A stretch of DNA of 64,000 bases from a virus. Within the stretch, counting starts at the first letter, position 1, and the number at the start of each line of letters is the position of its first letter. Positions 57,193-64,000 of this stretch are shown here, one piece after another. Both the position numbers and the translations under genes were made by a program. The stretch covers positions 21,338 through 85,337 of IMG/VR virus record IMGVR_UViG_3300043410_001823, one strand, 5' to 3'. A model generated the notes under the pieces. It saw only the letters and a program-made list of their open reading frames with translations. It was not told where the DNA came from and did not search any database.

Positions 57193-57894
57193 TTATAAAT
57201 CGTTTATTACATTTAAGTTAATTTTTTTGACCTGGTGGTCTCCAAGTTTATTATTTTTATGATCTACGGCATTTCTGTAAAAGTCTGCCCATTTGCCTAG
57301 CTTATTTATTTCAAAAATAGTATTAGAATAGTCATTCATGTCTACTTTGCTTCTTTTCATATTTGATGCTGAATCAAAATTAATAGACGAGTCTTGAATT
57401 ATTTCTAAATCAATTGGCAAAATAGCAGCTATTGGCGTATTTGCTTTAATAATAATTTCAGTTTTTGGCTTTAATATTCTACAAGCAATTGGAAGCTCTC
57501 CGTCATACCAGGATGTGCTCATTAAGGTTGTAAATGTTTGAAAATTATCATTAAAGTGGTTTGGAACTGGCATAGTTAAAAGTGTTACATTTTTAGGTGT
57601 CTCAAACTTTATACCTGTGTGAAAGCTTATTGTTGCATTTGCTCTTCCAGTGTATGCATATTTTTCACCAGATATTATCTTTACATGATCTGAGGTAGAA
57701 TCAGATATTCCATCCCAAGTAAAGACTATGTCTTCTGGAAATGATACTTCCCAGCCTAATTTGTTTGCCAGACTTACTGGAAAACAGTGATAAGCATGAG
57801 CGTTATAGGTTTCATCCATCCAATCTCTATTAATTGATAATGGAGCAATATTTGCAAAACCTGCTTGTACCCTATAAGCTTTTATTTCATACAT
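57193..57894 (-). CDS. DUF6065-like protein
   Basis: RDWMDET...HAYHCFPVSLANKLGW motif and a C-terminal FYRNAVD. Confidence 0.6.
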   Translation of the reverse strand: MYEIKAYRVQAGFANIAPLSINRDWMDETYNAHAYHCFPVSLANKLGWEVSFPEDIVFTWDGISDSTSDHVKIISGEKYAYTGRANATISFHTGIKFETPKNVTLLTMPVPNHFNDNFQTFTTLMSTSWYDGELPIACRILKPKTEIIIKANTPIAAILPIDLEIIQDSSINFDSASNMKRSKVDMNDYSNTIFEINKLGKWADFYRNAVDHKNNKLGDHQVKKINLNVINDL

Positions 57895-57898
57895 ATCG

Positions 57899-58597
57899 TT
57901 ACATGCTTTGCGATGATTGATTTTGTACCCAGCGTTGTCTCATCTGCATAAACTCATCATTATGAGCATGATCATTATAATCAAGCATGGTAACAACTGA
58001 GTACTTAGTTCCAGTTTCTACTGGCAAAGCTATATGAGAAAATAAAAACGTAGATGGGAAAATGTATAGATCTCCAGCTTGAGGCTTAATTTCTAATCCT
58101 AACTTAGGAAACTTTAAGCCACCACCTGTATAATCATCATTTGGATACCCTACCAAAGAAACGGTAGCACTATAAGAAAATCCATCATCAGCATGTTCTT
58201 GGAAATGCTGTCCTGGTATATATCTTATACAATTCATTACTTCCCAATAATCCATTCTGACAGAATATCTAGTGCAATAGTCTGAAACTGGACCATCCTG
58301 TGCTCTCTTTAGATCTTTCCATAAAGAATCTACAAGTACTTCAGTATTATTTCTAGGATACTTTATATCTGTTACTTTGATATCATGACAATCACGATAA
58401 TCTGGTCTCTTATCTGCATATCCAACAAAACCAAAGGTCCACTTAAAAGATTTTGCATCATCTTTTTCTGCAGAAATACCAATTTCATCTAGTCTATTGA
58501 TAATATCTAAATCTTTAGTAAATACATTTCTATAAACCCAAACACCAGGGAAAAGCTCTTCTGCATTTGTCCAGTTTTTATTTTCTTGATTAATCAT
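57899..58597 (-). CDS. 2OG-Fe(II) oxygenase, prolyl 4-hydroxylase-like
   Basis: RY..GQHFQEHAD...NDDYTGGGL...HIALPVETGTKY. Confidence 0.88.
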   Translation of the reverse strand: MINQENKNWTNAEELFPGVWVYRNVFTKDLDIINRLDEIGISAEKDDAKSFKWTFGFVGYADKRPDYRDCHDIKVTDIKYPRNNTEVLVDSLWKDLKRAQDGPVSDYCTRYSVRMDYWEVMNCIRYIPGQHFQEHADDGFSYSATVSLVGYPNDDYTGGGLKFPKLGLEIKPQAGDLYIFPSTFLFSHIALPVETGTKYSVVTMLDYNDHAHNDEFMQMRQRWVQNQSSQSM

Positions 58598-58631
58598 TGA
58601 ATACCCCTATCCACCTTTATATTATATCATG

Positions 58632-59219
58632 TCATCCATTGTAAGTCAACATTTCATCTGGAAGAATATCAACGATCATATGGATTCTGTCTATATCGCT
58701 TCCGTTTAAAACTGAATGTGGCAACTGATTATTAATCTCATACCCTATACCTTCTTTCATATGAATAGTATTATCCATAACTGTAAATGTAACGTGCTCG
58801 TGAGTAATTAACGGTATATGAACTCTTCTTGAGTAATGAAGTAATGCTCCTCCATCAGTATGCTTGTATACTTCTGAGTTGGCTTTTAGCTTAATAATTT
58901 CACATCTAATTACTTTGCCACTATAATATTTTTCTAAAAAATCAAAGATTTTTTGAGCTTGATTCTGAGCTAACTTTGTTTTAAAAGTATTTATATAATC
59001 TGTTTGAATTGGTGTTCCTGGAATCCACTCATAATCTGTTTCAAATAGCCTAAACATAAAGGTATTCATATGGGTTGTACCTTTTTCTTGCCTTGATGTA
59101 TTTAAAAACCATTCATCAGAATAAGTAGATACTTCTTGCTTAATAGCATCAATATTAAAAGATCCCAGATCTTGTATGGTCCATTTAGTATCTTTTTTTA
59201 CTCTTTTGTACATACTCAT
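58632..59219 (-). CDS. Aspartyl/asparaginyl beta-hydroxylase-like 2OG-Fe(II) oxygenase
   Basis: HTD...RVHIPLIT...EINNQLPHSVLN...RIHMIVD. Confidence 0.82.
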   Translation of the reverse strand: MSMYKRVKKDTKWTIQDLGSFNIDAIKQEVSTYSDEWFLNTSRQEKGTTHMNTFMFRLFETDYEWIPGTPIQTDYINTFKTKLAQNQAQKIFDFLEKYYSGKVIRCEIIKLKANSEVYKHTDGGALLHYSRRVHIPLITHEHVTFTVMDNTIHMKEGIGYEINNQLPHSVLNGSDIDRIHMIVDILPDEMLTYNG

Positions 59220-59889
59220 ATACCCCTAAATCTATATGATTCAATTCTAGCACTCTATTTTTTTGCTCTTTTGTAAGCTCAATGCCTATATTAGGAGACA
59301 TGTTAGATTTGTCTGTATACTTAAATGTAGAAAATCCAAAATGTTTAATTAAGGCTTTGTTAAAATCTTCAATAAAAATATTATGATTATCTAATGAATA
59401 GCAATAAAATTTATCAACATTTTCAAGCACTTTATCTATATCCAATGAATAATCCTCTATATACCAGTTATTCATTATTGCATCTTGAAAATATTTATGA
59501 TTATCATTAAATTTTTCAATATTAGTGCTTCCAGTTAAAAATTTTGACTGAACATTAGATTGAACATCAGACTGTGGTCCATAAAGCCAGTCATCTAATC
59601 TTCTTTCTGCTTCTTCACCCATTCTTACTAATCCTGTAGTATATTTAAAATAACTAATAAAACGGTCTACTGGATTTCTAACAATACAAAATACATCTGG
59701 ATTACTCATATACTTAAGTGGCATGATTCCAAAATGACCACCAACAACCTTGCTATTTCTTAGTACATCTGGTTCTATTTTAGTTCTATTGGATATAAAA
59801 TGTGATACCCCACCAGATATTAGATGGGGTAAAACATTTTGCTTAACGTATATTCCTGATGTTCTTGGTATATGTAAATGATAAATCAT
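59185..59889 (-). CDS. Sulfotransferase-family protein
   Basis: HLHIPRTSG (5'-PSB-like), GHF, IVRNPVDRFISYF (3'-PB) and N..D..VYE motifs. Confidence 0.75.
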   Translation of the reverse strand: MIYHLHIPRTSGIYVKQNVLPHLISGGVSHFISNRTKIEPDVLRNSKVVGGHFGIMPLKYMSNPDVFCIVRNPVDRFISYFKYTTGLVRMGEEAERRLDDWLYGPQSDVQSNVQSKFLTGSTNIEKFNDNHKYFQDAIMNNWYIEDYSLDIDKVLENVDKFYCYSLDNHNIFIEDFNKALIKHFGFSTFKYTDKSNMSPNIGIELTKEQKNRVLELNHIDLGVYEYVQKSKKRY

Positions 59890-61242
59890 TTACGCAAAAC
59901 CCTTTTTATTGTGAACAACAAGGCTGCCAGCAATAAGAAGGTCATTTGGAGAAGCATCAAATTCAAAGACTCTACGCTTTTCATCAATTAGTGTAATGTC
60001 GTTGATAACAACTTCAGAGAATGTTCCGTCTTCTTGTCTTTCAACAAGGACATCTCCAATTTCCAAAGCACCAGTTGTTCCAAAGAAATATACATCATTT
60101 TTCTTAGTAAGAACTGTTTGTTCAAGAGAGAATCTCTTATTGCTATCACCGTTAACGATCATGGTTACATCCTTAACGTGCTCAATAATGTTTGTAATTG
60201 AAGCTTCTGCATCTGCAATTCCTTCAATTGAAGAGTTTTGCCATGTATATGGATCAAAGGCAAATTCATCTTCAAGTCCTGGAACTTTTACAGATAAAAC
60301 CTTGTCTCCAATTACCATATCTTTTGCTTTCTTCCAGGCAATTGTGTTATTGTCAAGAAGAATTGCAATTGGAGTATCCTCATCAATACAGAATAGAGGT
60401 GGTGCGAAGAACCCTGGAGGTGCAAAGAACACTGGAGGTGCAAAGAACACTGGAGGTGCAAAGAATCCTGGTGGTGCGAAGAATACAGGTGGTGCGAAGA
60501 ATACAGGTGGTGCAAAGAATCCTGGAGGTGCAAAGAACCCTGGAGGTGCGAAGAACCCTGGAGGTGCAAAGAACCCTGGTGGGAAGAATGGTGGGAAGAA
60601 TGGTGGCAATGTAGTTACAGTATTTGTATTTGCTGAAACTAGAGATCTTCCATTAGCATTATCCGCATATACATTGTAATATTGCGATGTGTTTGCAGTA
60701 TCGTTAATTGTAATGCTTGTAGATGTTGTATTTCCAGACGTGCCATCTGATCCAACTACATAATAGTTTGAAATAGCTTTTCCACCATTTGCTGGTGCTG
60801 TCCAAGATATTACATCTGAATTAACAGCTGCAGTAGCAGATGGTGATTGTGGAGCCTGTGGAACTGTTGTAGCAGTTACAGAACCAGAAACTGTTGCTAC
60901 TCCGCTACCAAATGTATTTTTAGGAGTTATCGTAAATGTATATGAAACACCAGATGCTAATCCCTGAAAGGTATAGGATGTAGCTGGTGCTGCAACATTT
61001 GCTGTATATGTAGATGGTGTTGTTGTAATATCGTAAGATGTAGCAGCAGTTGATGTTGAAGGAACCGCCCATGATATTGTAACAGATCCACCAGTACCTG
61101 CAGCCGAAGCTGCAGATGTGGTGTTTGCTGTTGCTAAATAAGGTCTTGCAGTTCCAACATCTGTAACTGTTACTCCAGTTACTGCCAATGGCGGAATTGT
61201 TGAGTCCTGACCATCACTAAATCTACCCTGTAATTTTGCCAT
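59890..61242 (-). CDS. FN3-domain protein with Pro/Phe tandem repeat and C-terminal Hint (intein-like) domain
   Basis: Two FN3-like domains (ISWAVP...YTFQGL..G.SYTF; ISWTAPANGG..I..Y), then (PPFF)2(PP[G/V]FFA)10PPLF, then CIDEDT...IGDKVL...LEIGDVL...LLIAGSLVVHN-KKGFA. Confidence 0.85.
   Translation of the reverse strand: MAKLQGRFSDGQDSTIPPLAVTGVTVTDVGTARPYLATANTTSAASAAGTGGSVTISWAVPSTSTAATSYDITTTPSTYTANVAAPATSYTFQGLASGVSYTFTITPKNTFGSGVATVSGSVTATTVPQAPQSPSATAAVNSDVISWTAPANGGKAISNYYVVGSDGTSGNTTSTSITINDTANTSQYYNVYADNANGRSLVSANTNTVTTLPPFFPPFFPPGFFAPPGFFAPPGFFAPPGFFAPPVFFAPPVFFAPPGFFAPPVFFAPPVFFAPPGFFAPPLFCIDEDTPIAILLDNNTIAWKKAKDMVIGDKVLSVKVPGLEDEFAFDPYTWQNSSIEGIADAEASITNIIEHVKDVTMIVNGDSNKRFSLEQTVLTKKNDVYFFGTTGALEIGDVLVERQEDGTFSEVVINDITLIDEKRRVFEFDASPNDLLIAGSLVVHNKKGFA
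60391..60606 (-). repeat. Coding tandem repeat: ten 18-bp units (60403-60582) plus two 12-bp units (60583-60606) and a partial unit
   Basis: Plus-strand units of type TGC(A/G)AAGAA(CCC/TCC/CAC/TAC)(T/A)GG(A/T)GG encode PP[G/V]FFA. GAAGAATGGTGG x2 encodes PPFF. Confidence 0.95.
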
Positions 61243-61265
61243 AGTATTTTATATACCTTTCACTC

Positions 61266-63950
61266 TTAGTTAGTTAGGTCTCCGAAGATAGCCCATGTAT
61301 TTGCTGCCACCTTTAGTGCGGTAGCTACAGAGAACTGTCCTCTGAACTTTAATGCCATTGTTCCATTAACTGAAGCTGCCTGGAAGGTTACTCCAGATCC
61401 AGCTACGAAACTTGTTTGTCCTGCACCGATTTGCTGGAAATCTAATGAAGCTCCGACTGGATAGCTATATGTTGAATCTGGTGCAATTGTAATTGTGTTT
61501 GCAGAACCAACATTCATTCTTACAAAAGAATCCTTAACATATGAAGATCCAAGTGTAATGGATGCAGTTGGTGTGTTGATTGGAGTTAAGGATGGTGTTC
61601 CAGCTAGTGTCTGTGTTCCATCTGAGAAAACAATTCCAGATGATGGAGTTACAGTTGTAGCTTCAAGAGAACCTAAAACAAGTGTATCCTTTGTCCATGT
61701 AGTAAAATCGATTGTATCTGAAGGCTCTGTAGTTACTCCAGAGAACAACTTCCACTTTCCATCAGAAGCATCACGGGTTAAACCTGTGTGCTGATATGTT
61801 CCATCACTAAAGTGACCAACAATACCAAGATCCTTAGAATTTGCTGAATTACCAGTTCCGATATAGATAAGTGGGTCAGTGACTTCAAGATTTTGTGAAG
61901 AAACTGTAGTTGTTGTTCCATTAACAGTCAAATTGCCTGAAAGTGTAAGACTTGTACCTGAAACAGCACCTGTAAATGTTGCTCCTGAAAGCGAAGCCTT
62001 TGCATCAAGTGCTGTTTGTGTAGCAGTTGAGACTGGCTTATCGGCATCTGCTGTATTGTCAACGTTGCCAAGACCAACCATGCTCTTTGTAATACCAGAA
62101 ACTGTCCCAGTAAAGGTTGGTGAAGCAATTGGTGCCTTTGCATCAATATTTGTTTGTAGTGCACTACCAGCATTATCTACGTATGTCTTAGTAGCAAGTG
62201 CTGCAGTGTCTGCAATTCCGTGAACATTTGTGCTTGAAGATGTGTGAGATGATAGGTCTGCATCGAGAGCCTTATCATCAAGTTGTGTTTGAATTGCAGA
62301 GGTTACACCATTTACATATGAAAGTTCTGTTCCTGAAACATCACCGATTGATGTTGTTGAAGGCAAAACTACGCTTCCAGTAAAGGTTGGGGCATCTGTA
62401 GACGCTTTTGTTCCAAGAGCATTCCAAATATCTGTATTTTGTTCTTGAAGTATATCTGTTGTTACTAATGCTGATGTATCTGCAATACCGTGAACATTGA
62501 GAGACTGTGCGGTATGGGCATTAAAATCTGAAACATCCGCCTTTGATGCAAGATCTGAAAGATTAACCTTTAATGCTAGTGCTGACTCTACATCTGTTGC
62601 TACTGCCTTGAGGTCTAACTGATCCTGAATATTGCCAGTAATTCCTGCAAGTGTTCCTAGTTCAAATGGATTAATTACATGATTTCCATCTGTAACTGTA
62701 ATAGTAGGATTTTCAAGAGTTGCATCTACTGATGGAGCCTTTGTATCAAATTGTTCTTGAATAGTGTAAGCCTTATTAATTCCATTTAGTGTTTGAAGTT
62801 CGCCGTTATCTACATTTCCGATAATAGCTGAGGTTGCTTCAATTTGTCCAACTTCCAAATTTCCCTTTGTGTATGTTGTAAAATCAATTGATCCTGATGG
62901 TTCTGGAACTACGCCCTCAAAAATTTTCCAAGTTCCGCTTGATGAGTCTTTAACAAATCCTGCGTGAGCATAACCACTTCCATCCTTATATCCACCAACA
63001 AATCCAAGATCTGGATTAAGAGCAGCCTTTGATTCAGCTGATCCTCCAGATGTGTATGTTGCGGTTGATGTATTTGCAAGTGTAAAGCTTGTTTCTGTAA
63101 CAGATAAAATTTCTGACCAATCTGTATTTAGTCCAGATGGAGTAATTCCTGTTACGACTGCAATATTGCCAGCAACAAATAGTGAATCCGCATTATCGAT
63201 AGTATATGTTACGGATGTGCCATTTCCAACTGCTGCAGTAATTGGTTTTGTAACTGCTTCATTAAGATAAATGATATTATCTGTGATTGATAAATTGGTT
63301 GAATTTACAATCGACTGTGTACCTGCAACTGTAAGATTTCCTTCAATGATTACGTTATTTGCTGTAAGATTATTGTTAACTCCAATAGAGTCTGCCTGAA
63401 GATCTGCTGCTGTTACAAGATTTATAAACGTTGGTGAATCTTTTGGAGCATATACATCTGCAACATCGCTGACCTTTGCAAAAACGCTTCCATCAACATC
63501 AAATTGAGATGTACCTAAATTCCAAGATAGTCCATATCCAGCTAGTTCTGATTCATTAACTGCTGCACCTGCTACAGCACCATCAACATATGAAATAGTT
63601 GCAAGTTGAGCTGTATCTTCAATTCCATGTACGTTAGTTGTTGATGATGTATGATCAGATAGATTAGTTGCAACTGTATTTATGAAATCTGGATCATCTC
63701 CAAGTGCTGCTGCTAATTCATTTAATGTATTTAGAAGATCTGGAGCTCCATCTACAAGGCTGTCAATTGCAGATGCTGCATCAGTAAAATATGTTAGATC
63801 TACCCAGTGATTAACACCATCACCGATCTTAAACTTATTTGTATCGGATTCAAATCCAATTTCACCAGCAGCTAGGATAGGCCCGCTACCATTATTTACA
63901 GAAATCCACTGCGCTGCAGTTCCTCTGCGCTGTTGCATTCTTGTTGCCAT
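61266..63950 (-). CDS. Tail fibre/virion appendage protein with Mtd_N-type N-terminal domain and internal repeats
   Basis: MQQRRGTAAQW...LAAGEIGFESDTNKFKIGDG, APDLLNTLNELAAALGDD, VGLGNVDNTAD, KAP..SPTFTG repeats; ends in W..FGDL. Confidence 0.8.
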   Translation of the reverse strand: MATRMQQRRGTAAQWISVNNGSGPILAAGEIGFESDTNKFKIGDGVNHWVDLTYFTDAASAIDSLVDGAPDLLNTLNELAAALGDDPDFINTVATNLSDHTSSTTNVHGIEDTAQLATISYVDGAVAGAAVNESELAGYGLSWNLGTSQFDVDGSVFAKVSDVADVYAPKDSPTFINLVTAADLQADSIGVNNNLTANNVIIEGNLTVAGTQSIVNSTNLSITDNIIYLNEAVTKPITAAVGNGTSVTYTIDNADSLFVAGNIAVVTGITPSGLNTDWSEILSVTETSFTLANTSTATYTSGGSAESKAALNPDLGFVGGYKDGSGYAHAGFVKDSSSGTWKIFEGVVPEPSGSIDFTTYTKGNLEVGQIEATSAIIGNVDNGELQTLNGINKAYTIQEQFDTKAPSVDATLENPTITVTDGNHVINPFELGTLAGITGNIQDQLDLKAVATDVESALALKVNLSDLASKADVSDFNAHTAQSLNVHGIADTSALVTTDILQEQNTDIWNALGTKASTDAPTFTGSVVLPSTTSIGDVSGTELSYVNGVTSAIQTQLDDKALDADLSSHTSSSTNVHGIADTAALATKTYVDNAGSALQTNIDAKAPIASPTFTGTVSGITKSMVGLGNVDNTADADKPVSTATQTALDAKASLSGATFTGAVSGTSLTLSGNLTVNGTTTTVSSQNLEVTDPLIYIGTGNSANSKDLGIVGHFSDGTYQHTGLTRDASDGKWKLFSGVTTEPSDTIDFTTWTKDTLVLGSLEATTVTPSSGIVFSDGTQTLAGTPSLTPINTPTASITLGSSYVKDSFVRMNVGSANTITIAPDSTYSYPVGASLDFQQIGAGQTSFVAGSGVTFQAASVNGTMALKFRGQFSVATALKVAANTWAIFGDLTN

Positions 63951-63983
63951 TATATCTCCTTGCTAGTAGATTGGAATAGTGCT

Positions 63984-63992
63984 ATTATAGCA
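63984..63992 (-). promoter_or_regulatory. Extended -10 promoter TGCTATAAT (example of a motif recurring about 20 times in the window)
   Basis: The same TGNTATA(A/C)T motif occurs at 472, 763, 873, 4225, 6925, 12612, 22500, 24017, 30576, 40917, 42397, 45440, 48272, 50382, 52502, 53535 and 58621, each just upstream of a gene or candidate RNA. Confidence 0.75.
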
Positions 63993-64000
63993 TTATTTTA

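Noticed and set aside
60403-60606. Possible CRISPR array
   Set aside because: The units are contiguous 18-bp in-frame repeats with no unique spacers.
59996-60679. Plus-strand 227-aa ORF with GGAKN(P/T) repeats and other alternate-frame repeat ORFs
   Set aside because: These are shadows of the 18-bp coding repeat. The minus frame carries recognisable FN3 and Hint domains and matches the strand of all neighbouring genes.
61266-63950. Diversity-generating retroelement suggested by the Mtd_N-like domain
   Set aside because: No reverse transcriptase and no template/variable repeat pair differing at adenines was seen in the window. The internal duplications are diverged at all positions.
1-64000. 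Stop-codon reassignment or selenocysteine use
   Set aside because: Genes tile densely under the standard code, and the Gpx active site is Cys.

Overview
This 64 kb window (AT-rich, essentially all genes on the minus strand) is part of a large tailed dsDNA phage. A siphovirus-type tail is inferred from a 1677-aa tape measure protein and the absence of a sheath gene. An actinobacterial host is inferred from apparently leaderless genes, extended -10 promoters, a secreted surface protein resembling host proteins, and the gene order. In transcription order (right to left) it holds: (1) an Mtd_N-type tail fibre; (2) an FN3 protein carrying a (PP[G/V]FFA)10 repeat fused to a C-terminal Hint (intein-like) domain; (3) directly behind it, a sulfotransferase-like gene, an Asp/Asn beta-hydroxylase-like gene, a DUF6065-like gene and seven prolyl-4-hydroxylase-like 2OG-Fe(II) oxygenases; (4) class II ribonucleotide reductase; (5) portal, protease/scaffold, capsid, neck, tail tube, two paralogous tail chaperones, tape measure and tail-tip genes; (6) a Thr/Cys-tailed Ig-repeat protein followed by a GT60-type GlcNAc transferase; (7) a replication/recombination block (DnaB, primase, SSB, DnaE, MazG, RecA, resolvases, Cas4-like nuclease); (8) terminase; (9) a cassette of secreted or surface proteins and peptidases, tRNA-Asn, glutathione peroxidase, a candidate small structured RNA, an HNH nuclease and a CHAP amidase cut by the window edge. 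The best candidate for an undescribed system is a phage-encoded post-translational modification pathway: a Pro/Phe-repeat substrate with an autoprocessing Hint domain, eight oxygenases and a sulfotransferase, possibly with the GT60 enzyme. All family calls come from motif recognition by eye; no searches were run.
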